64,000 bases of DNA from an uncultured Spirochaetales bacterium (GCA_949285905.1 CASDZV010000063.1:5050-69049); one strand, 5' to 3'; numbered from the stretch's first letter, positions 1-9,793 are shown. Notes: generated by a model not told the origin, from the letters alone. Numbers and translations are program-made.

Positions 1-162
1 GACAATGGCATCTTTTATGTCCAGAGCCCTTGCAATGCCTTTTGCAAAGACAGTCTTTCCTGCCCCGAGGGAACCGATCAGGGAAACAACATCGCCTTTT
101 CTCAGCACAGAACCGAATCTGTACCCGATTTCCTCTGTCTCTTTCTCTGAATTGGAGATCAT
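1..162 (-). CDS. tsaE: TsaE (tRNA t6A biosynthesis ATPase), N-terminal 54 codons; gene runs off the window start
   Basis: Manual reverse translation gives MISNSEKETEEIGYRFGSVLRKGDVVSLIGSLGAGKTVFAKGIARALDIKDAIV. The P-loop GSLGAGKT followed by FAKGIARAL is TsaE/YjeE-like. The ATG at 162-160 overlaps the upstream stop (TAATG). Confidence 0.75.
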   Translation of the reverse strand, partial: MISNSEKETEEIGYRFGSVLRKGDVVSLIGSLGAGKTVFAKGIARALDIKDAIV

Positions 163-1427
163 TATTCCTCCTCGTGATGATGGTGCTCACAGCCGCAGCT
201 GCAGTCATCTTTTTCTATTTCTGCAATTTCCGCCTGATAGGCATCATCGTCATCATCTTTTGAATCATCATGGACTATCTCTTCATGAATCAGCTCTCCG
301 ATCTTCTCTCCGGTCTTCTTCTCATACTCTGCAATGAGATTCCTGACAATCTCATCGTTCCCGGAAAGATATCGTGCCTTCTCAAGATACTCCCTTGCCT
401 CATCCAGCTCATCATCCTGCAGATAGAGGTATGAGAGGTTTGAAGCGACAGTGAGGTTGTCCGGATCAAGATCTGCAGCCGTCTCGAGATATGTCTTTGC
501 AAGTGTCCTGTCTCCGACTTCAAGCTCTGCGATGGAGAGCTCGTTGTAGATATCTGCACTGCTTTCCCCAAGCTCAAGACACTTCATCAGATCTTTTCTT
601 GCCTCTTCGAACTTACCTGCCTTCCTCAGTGCCCATCCCCGGAGGAAATAGCCATTCCAGACTTTGGGATTGCGTTCGATGAAGCGATCTGCCGCAGCGA
701 TGGCCTTCTCTGTGTCATCAAGCATGATGAAGTCATATGCTTCTTTGATCTCTTCATCATTCTCAAGCTGCACCTCTATGCGTGAAAGGAGTTTCTTCAT
801 CTCCTGCTTCTTCTCTCCTTCCTCCGCTGCAGCCATATAACGGTCAAGATAGTCCTTTGCTTCTTCGAGGTTGCCTGTGAATGCCTCATACGAAGCGATC
901 TCAGCAAGGATATCTGCATTCTCTCCGAAACGTCTGAGACCATCCTTGAGGGTGCGCTTGGCAGAGAGAAGGTATTCATCTTCCTTCTCCTCATCTCCTT
1001 TGTCCCTTGCATCGACTGCCATTGCAGAGTAGAGGGTGGCGAGGTTGATGCACGAGGCACTCTGTGGCATGAGATGGTAGACAGCAAGGAATAACTCCTC
1101 AGCAAACTCGTAATCCTTCTGCTCTTCTTTTGCGATTGCTGCTTTATTCAGCTTGTCCGGAAGCATCGGGTCGACTGTAAGGACAAAGTCCTTGAAATAT
1201 GATGCGTCCTTGTGATTCTCATCATATGCGATGATTGTCAGCATTCCGGAGACAATTGACTCGAGTGAGATTCCTTCCGGTGTCAGCCGTGTCTCTCCTG
1301 CGGCAAGCTGTACAGGAAGCATGATGTTCTGATCGAGACGGAAAATATCGCTCTCGATCCTCATTCCCTTCGGTACCTTGATGTATCTGATTGATCTGAG
1401 ACTTTCTTCTTTATTCATAATGCTCAA
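162..1427 (-). CDS. TPR-repeat protein with acidic Cys/His-rich C-terminal tail
   Basis: 421 aa ORF. It has repeated A/Y/L-rich 34-residue-type helical repeats (e.g. AEELFLAVYHLMPQSA, EEAKDYLDRYMAAA, WNGYFLRGWALRKAGKFEEARKDL, DEAREYLEKARYL). The tail is DDDDDAYQAEIAEIEKDDCSCGCEHHHHEEE. Confidence 0.75.
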   Translation of the reverse strand: MSIMNKEESLRSIRYIKVPKGMRIESDIFRLDQNIMLPVQLAAGETRLTPEGISLESIVSGMLTIIAYDENHKDASYFKDFVLTVDPMLPDKLNKAAIAKEEQKDYEFAEELFLAVYHLMPQSASCINLATLYSAMAVDARDKGDEEKEDEYLLSAKRTLKDGLRRFGENADILAEIASYEAFTGNLEEAKDYLDRYMAAAEEGEKKQEMKKLLSRIEVQLENDEEIKEAYDFIMLDDTEKAIAAADRFIERNPKVWNGYFLRGWALRKAGKFEEARKDLMKCLELGESSADIYNELSIAELEVGDRTLAKTYLETAADLDPDNLTVASNLSYLYLQDDELDEAREYLEKARYLSGNDEIVRNLIAEYEKKTGEKIGELIHEEIVHDDSKDDDDDAYQAEIAEIEKDDCSCGCEHHHHEEE

Positions 1428-1658
1428 TAAAAAGTCCTATAGATACGGCTGCTGGTTGCTCTTGAACTATTGTTCAAGGGGGGATCTTTGTTGCCCGCTT
1501 TCTGTTCCCATGGGGAGCAATGCCGCTAAGGCTATTCCCGATCCCAATTATATGGTTTGCTCCAAGAGGCTTCAGATGAGCCGTTCTATAGGTGAGTTGA
1601 GTTTAACACAGTTTCCGAGAGGGTGGAAGTGCTCTTGATTATCGAGTATGATTTTCCT

Positions 1659-2126
1659 ATGGAAATGTTTATTTATGGTCTCGGTGCGGGACTTATCATA
1701 GCGGCGCTGGTTGCATTTTACTTCTCTCTCAAGATCGGGAAGCTCAATGATGCAAAGAACAAGGAAGTCCAGAAATACAAGGACATGCTTTCTGACAGGA
1801 TGGAGCTTGAAGCCGAAGGACTGAAGAAAGTCAGAGAGGAGAATGAGGAGCTGAAGAAGATGAATGAGAATCTTCGCGTCTCTCTTCTCGCTCTCCGTGA
1901 CAAACCTGGGAGAAAGGAGATGCAGAGGCTGCAGATACTGCAGAAGGCTGCTGACCGCCTTACTCTCAACAGTCCAGGTTTCGGTCCTGTGTGGCAGGCT
2001 GCGCTCAAAGAGAGCGAGGATGAGTTCCAGAAGGTCTATTCCGGCTTCCTGCCATTTATAAAGCGTCATATACCTAAACCGACAGATGCAGAGGTTGTTG
2101 ATGTTCAGGAGGGTGGCAATTCCTGA
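1659..2126 (+). CDS. hypothetical membrane-anchored coiled-coil protein
   Basis: The ORF track gives 1623-2126. An internal ATG at 1659 gives MEMFIYGLGAGLIIAALVAFYF (one N-terminal TM helix) followed by a charged heptad-like segment (KEVQKYKDMLSDRMELEAEGLKKVREENEELKKMNENL). The start is uncertain. Confidence 0.5.
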   Translation: MEMFIYGLGAGLIIAALVAFYFSLKIGKLNDAKNKEVQKYKDMLSDRMELEAEGLKKVREENEELKKMNENLRVSLLALRDKPGRKEMQRLQILQKAADRLTLNSPGFGPVWQAALKESEDEFQKVYSGFLPFIKRHIPKPTDAEVVDVQEGGNS

Positions 2127-2881
2127 TCCATCTCCAAGAGTATCCCGCTGAAGCGCTCTGGGGTGGTTATTATGTATTTCTTCTTCACTTCCTTCCTGTC
2201 CTTGCGGAATGTGTGTCCCAGGCTTATATAGCCTTCTGCCTTGAATGGCTGCTTCACACCTTTCGGAAGGAACATGTTTGGAATCATCACACCGGTTGTA
2301 CTTCTTTCCCCCTCTCCGTTCCTGGGTGAGAGGATGTCGAGTTTGACTGAGAAGAAAGTGTATGCTCCATGCACTCCTATTCTGACAGTTGAAGATCCTG
2401 CTGCATCGATTCTGATGCCCATGTCGAAGTCAAAACCGAACGACATGTCGAGATAAGTGTATTTTGTATCAGTCTGCACTGACTGTCTGTCGGAATAATC
2501 CAGCTTATATGCCGCTCCCAGTCCCATGTACCATATAGCATCATCTCCGATTGCTCTTCTGAATGATGGGCCTAAGCTTGTAAGAAAACGGAATGAGCGC
2601 TCGAGATTCTCCTGTATCGTCTCGTCATCCTCATCGTCAAAGACTGAGAGTATGCTTGAGTAGGGCGCCTGTATACCTAAGCGGAGATAGATTCCGGTTG
2701 TCATGTCGCTGCCGATGAAGCCATAGCCTGTATAATCGAGGCCGAAAGTATCATCGGTATTGATCTGCAGGGAATCTTCGGAAACAGTCTCGAAAAAGGT
2801 GAAGTCATAGCCAGGGAACATGGCACAGAAAAGTGCAGAAGGCAAAAGTATAAGCAGAAGAGAAAGCAGCACCTTTTTCAT
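2105..2881 (-). CDS. secreted protein, possible outer-membrane beta-barrel
   Basis: Signal peptide MKKVLLSLLLILLPSALFCA. Alternating hydrophobic/polar strands (YMGLGAAYKLDY, LDMSFGFDFDMGIRID, VRIGVHGAYTFFSV). Confidence 0.55.
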   Translation of the reverse strand: MKKVLLSLLLILLPSALFCAMFPGYDFTFFETVSEDSLQINTDDTFGLDYTGYGFIGSDMTTGIYLRLGIQAPYSSILSVFDDEDDETIQENLERSFRFLTSLGPSFRRAIGDDAIWYMGLGAAYKLDYSDRQSVQTDTKYTYLDMSFGFDFDMGIRIDAAGSSTVRIGVHGAYTFFSVKLDILSPRNGEGERSTTGVMIPNMFLPKGVKQPFKAEGYISLGHTFRKDRKEVKKKYIITTPERFSGILLEMDQELPPS

Positions 2882-2984
2882 TTCTTATATTATAAAGGCT
2901 TGTTTTCATGATTGTGAACAGAGTGAGCGCTGCATCCTCCTATTGTCCCGATGGACGCTACAGAGAATCATCAGAATGGAAGGC

Positions 2985-4895
2985 TTAACACTCAGCCTTC
3001 TCTTCCAGCTCTATCCAGCGCTCAGTCTTCTCATCCAGTTCAGCTTTCGCTTTCTCATAGCTCTCTGTCCGTTCCCTGAGTGTGCCGAGAGCAGTTGTCT
3101 CTGCAGTTGAGAAGGATTCTTCAAGCTCTGCAACAAGAGCCTCCAGTCTTCCTATTTCCTCCTCAAGTGCTTCTTTCTCCTTCTGTTCTCTGAATGAGAG
3201 CCCTTTTTTCTCACGGGGAGCTTTTCTTGGCAGGGATGGAGAGGAGAACACAGCTTCCTTTGCTTTGTCTTTTTCCTCATCTTTGTATTCTTTCCACTGA
3301 GAGTAGGATCCGGGGAAGAGTGTTATCTTCCCGTTCTCGATAGAGAGCGTCATGTCAGTGGTGAGGTCGAGAAATGTCCTGTCATGGGAGGATATGACAG
3401 CACAGCCGGAAAATGTTGTGATATAGCTTTCCAGCATCTCCATCGTCTCGATATCGAGATCGTTGGTGGGTTCGTCAAACAGGAGGAAGTTCGGATTCGA
3501 GACAAGTCTTGTGACAAGGTACAGCCTCCGCCGTTCTCCGCCGCTGAGCAGTGCAATCGGCGTCCTCTGCATTCTCACTGGAAAGCCGAATAGCTCCAGA
3601 AAGCGTGAGGCTGAGACTTCCTCGCCGTCTCCTAATATGACTCTGTCTCCGATGTCTTCTGTGTATTCAATGACTGTTTTGCTGCTCTGAATATCCCGTC
3701 CAAGCTGGTCGTAGTATCCGAAAACAGTATTCTGTCCCTTATCCACAATACCTGTATCTGGCAAAGTGTGCCCGGAGAGGATATCAAGGAGAGTAGATTT
3801 CCCTGTGCCGTTGTCTCCGATAAGCGCAATCTTCTGTCCTTTTACGAAGGAGAAGGAGAAATCTGAGAAAAGATGTTTTCCTTCATAGGATTTGGAGATA
3901 TTCTCAATCTCCAGAATCTTCTTTCCGAGCCTTCTTTCGCTGCTCTGGAAGGCTCTCATCTTCTCTTCTGGTTTTGTTATCTCGCTCTTCATTGCCTCAA
4001 TTCTGTCTTTCCGTCCCTTGTCTTTGCCAGTACGGGCCTTCGGGCCATGCCTGAGCCATTCCAGTTCTCTGCGCAGAATATTCTCCAGCCTCTCCTGATA
4101 TTTCTCATCCATTCTCATGCGCTCTGCTTTGCGCTCAAGATATGCGGAGAAGGATCCTGGATGACGGTAGAAGTGAGCACCATCCAGTTCCCAGATAGTT
4201 GATGTGCATTCATTGAGTATATGGCGGTCATGTGTGACGATGCATACAGCACATCTGGTGTTTTTTGTCCATTCTTCCAGATACTCGATTGTCTTGATGT
4301 CTAGGTGGTTCGTCGGCTCATCCAGAAGGAGGATATCAGGATTCAATGCAAGGACACGCGCGATGGCTGCTTTCTTCTGCTGTCCGCCGGAGAGTTCCGC
4401 CATCTTCCTCGATGGCTGAATTGATTCTCCCAGATCTGTCAGCACTGCCATGTAACGCCTCTCGATATCCCACAGATTCTCTTTCTCGATGATCTGATAG
4501 AGTTCTGTGTATCGCTCGGCATTCCCATCTTCAAGCGCTCTCTGATAATCCGAGAGAAGCCTGAGTGCCCTGGATGGAATGAGGTGGAGGAATCCCATCA
4601 CATCTGTTCCTTCGGGATATGCCACTGTCTGCTCAAGAAGAAGCACAGCCGCATCTTTCCTGACAGATATATTTCCCTCATCGGGAAGGAGCTCTCCTGC
4701 AATGCATTTCAGGAATGTGGACTTGCCACTGCCGTTCCTGCCGACGATTCCTACTTTCTCACCCTCTTCCAGCGCCAGTGTCACATCTTCGAAAAGAGGT
4801 ATGTCCCTGACAGTCTTGGAAAGATTCTCAACTGATAAAACAACCACACCTGGATTGTACACAATCTTGCCGATTACTGGTAGAATCTCCACCAT
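2985..4895 (-). CDS. ABC-F family ATPase (Uup/YheS-like, two ABC domains plus C-terminal coiled coil)
   Basis: Two Walker A motifs (GRNGSGKST, GDNGTGKST), two signature motifs (LSGGQQKK, LSGGERRR), Walker B motifs LLLDEPTNHLD and LLFDEPTNDLD, and a Glu/Lys-rich C-terminal coil. The true start may be an internal GTG (VVLSVENLSK). Confidence 0.9.
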   Translation of the reverse strand: MVEILPVIGKIVYNPGVVVLSVENLSKTVRDIPLFEDVTLALEEGEKVGIVGRNGSGKSTFLKCIAGELLPDEGNISVRKDAAVLLLEQTVAYPEGTDVMGFLHLIPSRALRLLSDYQRALEDGNAERYTELYQIIEKENLWDIERRYMAVLTDLGESIQPSRKMAELSGGQQKKAAIARVLALNPDILLLDEPTNHLDIKTIEYLEEWTKNTRCAVCIVTHDRHILNECTSTIWELDGAHFYRHPGSFSAYLERKAERMRMDEKYQERLENILRRELEWLRHGPKARTGKDKGRKDRIEAMKSEITKPEEKMRAFQSSERRLGKKILEIENISKSYEGKHLFSDFSFSFVKGQKIALIGDNGTGKSTLLDILSGHTLPDTGIVDKGQNTVFGYYDQLGRDIQSSKTVIEYTEDIGDRVILGDGEEVSASRFLELFGFPVRMQRTPIALLSGGERRRLYLVTRLVSNPNFLLFDEPTNDLDIETMEMLESYITTFSGCAVISSHDRTFLDLTTDMTLSIENGKITLFPGSYSQWKEYKDEEKDKAKEAVFSSPSLPRKAPREKKGLSFREQKEKEALEEEIGRLEALVAELEESFSTAETTALGTLRERTESYEKAKAELDEKTERWIELEEKAEC

Positions 4896-6429
4896 GATCC
4901 GGGAATTATCAATCTCGCTAACACCTCAGGAGGCATCTGAAGAGAGCGCCATCAGGCATGCCGCATGCCGCAAAGCCGGTATCAGAAACGTGGATGGCAT
5001 CGGGGTGAGAATTCTGCGCCGCAGCATTGATGCAAGACGGAGAGATGTGAAAATCAATCTCTCCCTGAGGCTTTATATCAATGAGAATATGCCGGATCTG
5101 TACCAGAAGACTGTTTTTCAGGATGTTCATAAGGCAAGACAGAGTGCTGTTGTCGTGGGTTTCGGACCTGCCGGAATCTTTTCTTCTCTCACACTTCTTG
5201 AGAATGGCATACGTCCTATTGTCATTGAGCGCGGAAAGGATGTGCAGGCAAGACTTAGAGACACTGCTCTCCTTTCAAGGGATGGAATCCTGAACACGGA
5301 ATCGAATTATGCTTTCGGGGAAGGAGGCGCAGGTGCGTTCTCAGACGGAAAGCTCTACACGCGTTCGAATAAAAGAGGTGATGTGAACAAAGTCCTCTCT
5401 CTTCTTGTCCAGCATGGAGCGGACGAGGATATTCTCTATGAAAGTCATCCTCATATCGGTTCGGACAGGCTTCCTTATATCATCAAGCGTATGCGCGAGA
5501 CGATCATCGCACATGGCGGTGAAGTCTATTTCGGAAAGAAAGCTGTGAAGCTCATAGAGAAGGCGGGTGAGACAGCTGGTGTTGTCTGCTCGGATGGAAG
5601 CGAGTACCTGGGGCCTGTTATCCTCGCAACCGGGCACAGTGCAAAGGATGTCTATTATTTTCTCAGGGACAGCGGCTTCCAGCTGGAGGCTAAGAGCACA
5701 GCAGCTGGTGTCAGAGTTGAGCACAGGCAGAGCCTTGTTGACAGCATCCAGTATCATACAGACGGGAAAAGGGACCCGCACCTGCCTCCTGCAACCTACT
5801 CATTTGTCACACAGGTCCGTGGTCGTGGTGTCTACTCATTCTGCATGTGTCCCGGTGGTGTCATTGTTCCTGCTGCATCTGAGGAGGGGCATCAGGTTGT
5901 CAATGGCATGTCTCCTCATTCGCGTGCGGGACGTTTTGCAAACAGCGGTATCATCGTAGAGCTGAGGAAAGAGGAGCTTGATGACAATGATCCGTTTTCC
6001 ATGATGCGTTTTATCGAGGAAATTGAGCAGAAATGCTTCAATCCGGGTTTTGCGGCTCCTGCCCAGCGTCTTGATGATTTTCTCTCAGGGAGAGTCTCTT
6101 CTTCATTTCCTGAGACAAGCTATCCCCGTCCTCTTGTCTCCATGAGTATGGATGAAGTGCTTCCTCCCTTAATAGCCTCGTCCCTCCGCGAAGGTTTTGA
6201 GGCTTTCAACCGCATGACGCGTTCCCGCTTTGTCTCAGAGGAGGCATTGCTGATAGCTCCGGAGACGCGGACATCATCTCCTGTACGCATCCTGAGAAAT
6301 GAGAAGATGCAGCAGGGCAGGGGGTTCTATCCTGCAGGAGAAGGCGCAGGTTATGCAGGAGGCATTGTCTCTGCAGCAATAGACGGAACGGAAGCGGCTC
6401 TGAGACTCGGAGGTGAATATGCACATTAA
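4894..6429 (+). CDS. FAD-dependent protein (COG2509-like NAD(FAD)-utilising dehydrogenase)
   Basis: The listed ORF 4579-6429 runs antisense through the ABC-F gene. The plausible start is the ATG at 4894 (MIRELSISLTPQE). It has the dinucleotide-binding motif VVVGFGPAGIFSSL and a C-terminal GEGAGYAGGIVSAAIDG. Confidence 0.8.
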   Translation: MIRELSISLTPQEASEESAIRHAACRKAGIRNVDGIGVRILRRSIDARRRDVKINLSLRLYINENMPDLYQKTVFQDVHKARQSAVVVGFGPAGIFSSLTLLENGIRPIVIERGKDVQARLRDTALLSRDGILNTESNYAFGEGGAGAFSDGKLYTRSNKRGDVNKVLSLLVQHGADEDILYESHPHIGSDRLPYIIKRMRETIIAHGGEVYFGKKAVKLIEKAGETAGVVCSDGSEYLGPVILATGHSAKDVYYFLRDSGFQLEAKSTAAGVRVEHRQSLVDSIQYHTDGKRDPHLPPATYSFVTQVRGRGVYSFCMCPGGVIVPAASEEGHQVVNGMSPHSRAGRFANSGIIVELRKEELDDNDPFSMMRFIEEIEQKCFNPGFAAPAQRLDDFLSGRVSSSFPETSYPRPLVSMSMDEVLPPLIASSLREGFEAFNRMTRSRFVSEEALLIAPETRTSSPVRILRNEKMQQGRGFYPAGEGAGYAGGIVSAAIDGTEAALRLGGEYAH

Positions 6430-7123
6430 CTGGAAAGAAATAAGAGAAGGCATCCATGATGGCTTCCCGATCTTTCTCGGATACTTCACGACAGCTCTTG
6501 CCTTCGGTCTGCTGACACGTACAAGCGGATTCCGTTTTGTTGAAGGCGTCCTGACAAGCATGATCACATTCGCAGGCTCAGGGCAGTTCCTGATGATGAA
6601 TCTCTACAACGCAGGCTCAATGCTCCTGTCTATTGTTGTCTCTGTCTTCTTCATCAACAGCCGGTATATCTTCATGGCTTCATCTCTTTCCCAGCGCCTG
6701 GAGAATCCCAGATCTGTTCCCGGTCGTCTGATGTGCGGTTTCGGAACAGTAGATGAGGTCTTCACTGTCGCATCGTTCAAAGGCAGAAAGCTTTCATACA
6801 GCTATATGGCCGGTCTTATATTCACATCCTACACAGGGTGGGTCAGCGGTACTGCTATAGGCTATGCTGGTGGCACATTCCTTCCTGATGTTGTACAGAA
6901 AGCTGCTGTGATAACAGTCTATGCCATGTTCGCATCTCTTCTGGGATCGGAGACAAGAAGAGGTATGAAAGCAGTGCTTGTTGCGTCTCTTTCTGCACTT
7001 CTGAATTCTCTTTTGATACTTGTCGCAGGATTCTCTACAGGGCTCTCATTTCTTATCTCAATGATAGCTGCTGCAGTTTTCGGCGCATTGATTTACACAG
7101 ACAAGGAGGCTGGCCTTGAATAA
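6413..7123 (+). CDS. azlC: AzlC-family branched-chain amino acid exporter subunit
   Basis: 236 aa polytopic membrane protein. The N-terminus GIHDGFPIFLGYFTTALAFGLL is typical of AzlC, and the gene is followed by an overlapping small AzlD-like gene. Confidence 0.75.
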   Translation: MNMHINWKEIREGIHDGFPIFLGYFTTALAFGLLTRTSGFRFVEGVLTSMITFAGSGQFLMMNLYNAGSMLLSIVVSVFFINSRYIFMASSLSQRLENPRSVPGRLMCGFGTVDEVFTVASFKGRKLSYSYMAGLIFTSYTGWVSGTAIGYAGGTFLPDVVQKAAVITVYAMFASLLGSETRRGMKAVLVASLSALLNSLLILVAGFSTGLSFLISMIAAAVFGALIYTDKEAGLE

Positions 7124-7427
7124 GATTCTGATGATTGTCCTCTGCGCAGGTGCAACACTTCTTCCTCGCATCATCCCATTTTTCGCATCCTCAGCTCTTT
7201 CAAAGCTTCCGAAGTTCATACGCAAATGCATGATGCTGCTTCCAGTCGCAGCTCTTGGTGCTCTTATCTTCCCGCTCTCTCTCACAGATTTCGGCACAGA
7301 GTGGTATGCAGGACTTGCAGGTGTTGCTGTCGCGTTCATAACATCGCTTCTCAGAGGTCCGATGATTCTCTCAATCATCCTTGCCCTTGTCTCTACAGCA
7401 GGAGTTCTCCTGGTGTTTCCGATGTGA
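7116..7427 (+). CDS. azlD: AzlD-family small membrane protein
   Basis: 103 aa hydrophobic protein that overlaps the azlC stop. This is the canonical azlCD arrangement. Confidence 0.65.
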   Translation: MNKILMIVLCAGATLLPRIIPFFASSALSKLPKFIRKCMMLLPVAALGALIFPLSLTDFGTEWYAGLAGVAVAFITSLLRGPMILSIILALVSTAGVLLVFPM

Positions 7428-7653
7428 AAAGCAGGGTGAAGCCGCTTCCGATCTTCTTGTCCTTTTAATAAAGCGTAATCTTTGCTTTGCGTGTCATCTG
7501 ATTGGATTTCAGTGAAGATTGTAATCATGGGAGAAGTGCATAGTGAATTCAGTATAATTAATTAAGATGCAATTCTGTTGCAAACAAATTTATTACAAAC
7601 AACTTTGCTTGTAATAATACTGTGAAATGCTATTATTACCTCAAGGAGTGAAT

Positions 7654-9027
7654 ATGAAATTCATTGGCAGAGAGAAAGAGCTGAAAGTGATAAGAGATAC
7701 GCTGAACGACGATAATGCAAAAGCTCTGCTTGTGTATGGCAGACGGAGGATGGGGAAGACTACGCTTATTAAGGAAGCTGTGAAGGATCTCGATGCTGTC
7801 AAAATCATATACAAAGGGAAGATTCAGCCGATTGCCAGATCTATAGAAGAGCTGTCTGTGATGATAACCAGAGCTATTGGTCTTGGGGATATCCCATTGC
7901 CATCTTTTGAGGCAATCTTTTCACTGCTGAGGAACAGGCATGAATGCTTTGTGATAGTCCTCGATGAATATCAGGATATGAAGAAGATAGAAGGGGAAGC
8001 AGTAGATGCTCTTATAAGGAATGCTATGGAAGATATGAGCGAGAATATAAAGCTTATTATCTCCGGATCTTCAATCAGGATGATGGATGCCTTGACGCGG
8101 AGTGATAATCCTCTTTATGGGCGATTCAAAGCACAGGTTCTTGTCGATGAAATGGATTATTATGACTCTGCAAAATTCTACCCGTCATATACGGTGAGAG
8201 ACAGAATCATACTTTACAGTGTATTCGGAGGAATTCCATGGATTAATGAATCCATTGATTCTGAACTCAGCGTTAAGGATAATATCATCAAGCTGCTTTT
8301 TGAGAATAAAGGGCTTGCAAGGGCTTATGTGGAAGATGTCATCAATGTTGAGTGTTCGCAGATAAACTACTCAACAGAAATTTTCCGCTGTATCCGCAAT
8401 GGGAAGAAACATTTTTCGGAAATCCAGTCTTATATCAGCATCCCGTCAATCAGGACGCAATTGACAAGAGTCATTAAGAATATGATGGATGTTTCATTGA
8501 TAAAAAGAAGATTTCCAATCAATTCTAAATCAGCCAAGACTGCTTTCTATGAGATTTCCAGCAATGTGGTACGTTTCTATTTTGCTTATCAGAATGCGAT
8601 AAACGATGAGAATGCCTTCAATCTGGACGCTCTCTATCAATGCGCTGTTGAACCAACCCTGAATACATTTGTCAGCTATCGATTTGAAGAGATTGCCCGC
8701 TCTTATTTCATCAGGTTGTCAATGAGTGGGAAAAGAGGAGGGATCCTTAGCGCTGGGACATACTGGTTCGATGATAGGAAAAAGCGTCAGAATGGAGAGT
8801 TCGATGTTGCGTTGCTGCTGACTGATGGTACATATGAAATCTATGAATGCAAATTTCTGAAGTATAAAGCAGATAAGCGCATGGTGTTGGAAGAGAAGGC
8901 CAAGGTTGATCAGGCTCCACTGGTCGGGGTGAGGAAATTCGGAATGATTTCATCTTCCGGTTTTGAATGCAATGCAATAGATGATGTGATATTGATCAGT
9001 GGTGATGATCTCTACACATTGTCGTGA
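7654..9027 (+). CDS. ATPase of the archaeal-ATPase/DUF234 family (intact paralog)
   Basis: AAGGAG RBS 5 nt before the ATG at 7654. The N-terminus is FIGREKELKVIRDTL...LLVYGRRRMGKTTL (Walker A), Walker B is VIVLDEYQ, and the C-terminal region RFEEIARSYF...GEFDVAL is typical of the DUF234 module. Confidence 0.8.
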   Translation: MKFIGREKELKVIRDTLNDDNAKALLVYGRRRMGKTTLIKEAVKDLDAVKIIYKGKIQPIARSIEELSVMITRAIGLGDIPLPSFEAIFSLLRNRHECFVIVLDEYQDMKKIEGEAVDALIRNAMEDMSENIKLIISGSSIRMMDALTRSDNPLYGRFKAQVLVDEMDYYDSAKFYPSYTVRDRIILYSVFGGIPWINESIDSELSVKDNIIKLLFENKGLARAYVEDVINVECSQINYSTEIFRCIRNGKKHFSEIQSYISIPSIRTQLTRVIKNMMDVSLIKRRFPINSKSAKTAFYEISSNVVRFYFAYQNAINDENAFNLDALYQCAVEPTLNTFVSYRFEEIARSYFIRLSMSGKRGGILSAGTYWFDDRKKRQNGEFDVALLLTDGTYEIYECKFLKYKADKRMVLEEKAKVDQAPLVGVRKFGMISSSGFECNAIDDVILISGDDLYTLS

Positions 9028-9033
9028 GAAAAC

Positions 9034-9061
9034 AAAACCCCATCTGTCTGAATGAGGTTTT
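9034..9061. terminator. hairpin between convergent ATPase gene and tRNA-Val
   Basis: aaaacccca / tgaggtttt arms (one mismatch) around a 10 nt loop, flanked by A- and T-runs, so it could act in both directions. Confidence 0.45.
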
Positions 9062-9063
9062 AC

Positions 9064-9135
9064 TGGGCGCGAGCAGGATCGAACTGCTGACCCCTACCGT
9101 GTGAAGGTAATGCTCTCCCGCTGAGCTACGCGCCC
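9064..9135 (-). tRNA. tRNA-Val (anticodon CAC)
   Basis: The reverse complement GGGCGCGTAGCTCAGCGGGAGAGCATTACCTTCACACGGTAGGGGTCAGCAGTTCGATCCTGCTCGCGCCCA folds by hand into a 72 nt cloverleaf. It has a 7 bp acceptor stem, a D arm GCTC/GAGC, an anticodon loop TTCACAC and a T arm AGCAG-TTCGATC-CTGCT. CCA is not encoded. Confidence 0.9.
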
Positions 9136-9241
9136 GAATCAAGCTGATTATGCCCATATTTCAGATAAGTGTAAAGCTGATTAGCGAAAATCTGCAGATG
9201 AAGTTCAGATGCTTCACAAATCCAATGCACCTTATGAGAAA

Positions 9242-9793
9242 TTATGGCAGATACAAAGTGAAGCTGTGTCCGCATTCTGGGCATGTGACTGTTATTGTCT
9301 TACCTGTATCGGCTATTGCGGGAAGGCCATCTGTTATATCGAGAAGAGCACCGGGACGTATATATGAGACTGTGATGCCCTCGTTTTCGTACAATCTTCG
9401 CTCAAGATCTGACAGCCGCCTCAGAAATACTGCTTCTGAAACACCTGCATCTCCAAGGATTCCAGGGAAACCCGTGAAACTTTCGGGAAGAATTGCTGTA
9501 TCTGCATTCTCAAAATGCAGTGCGGCATCAAGGGTGCTTTCACTCACGCCATTCATTACAACTATGACAGAATTGCCATCTTCTTCGATTCTGTAGATGC
9601 CCTCGCCAAGATTCTCAGCAAGAAGCCCATTCCAGCGCTTATAGTAGACATAGTCATCAAGGGGAAGAATCTCTCCGTTTTCAGCCATCAGTGAGTAACA
9701 TTCTCCGCGGTGTTCCGGGATGATGACTGTATAATCTGCAAACAGCAGCGAAGCTATTGATAATACGGCAATGAGTGTGATCAGTTTCTTCAT
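9242..9793 (-). CDS. secreted hypothetical protein
   Basis: 183 aa with signal peptide MKKLITLIAVLSIASLLFA. No recognisable catalytic motif. The C-terminal end is CPECGHSF. Confidence 0.55.
   Translation of the reverse strand: MKKLITLIAVLSIASLLFADYTVIIPEHRGECYSLMAENGEILPLDDYVYYKRWNGLLAENLGEGIYRIEEDGNSVIVVMNGVSESTLDAALHFENADTAILPESFTGFPGILGDAGVSEAVFLRRLSDLERRLYENEGITVSYIRPGALLDITDGLPAIADTGKTITVTCPECGHSFTLYLP

Noticed and set aside
5-337. Plus-strand ORFs 5-337 and 30-263
   Set aside because: They run antisense to the clear tsaE fragment and the TPR gene tail. Their composition is low-complexity with no motif.
1480-1560. GC-rich structured-looking stretch (ggggggatc...gatccc) in the divergent intergenic region; considered as SRP/4.5S-like RNA
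   Set aside because: No GNRA tetraloop and no conserved GGAAGCAGC-type domain IV motif on either strand. It is more simply a divergent promoter region.
4579-4893. N-terminal 105-codon extension of the flavoprotein ORF
   Set aside because: The extension runs antisense through the Walker A region of the ABC-F gene. A sensible protein begins at the ATG at 4894.
7428-9063. Possible tRNA-Val-linked genomic island containing the intact DUF234 ATPase
   Set aside because: No direct repeat of the tRNA 3' end could be found by eye in 7428-7653, and no integrase is present.
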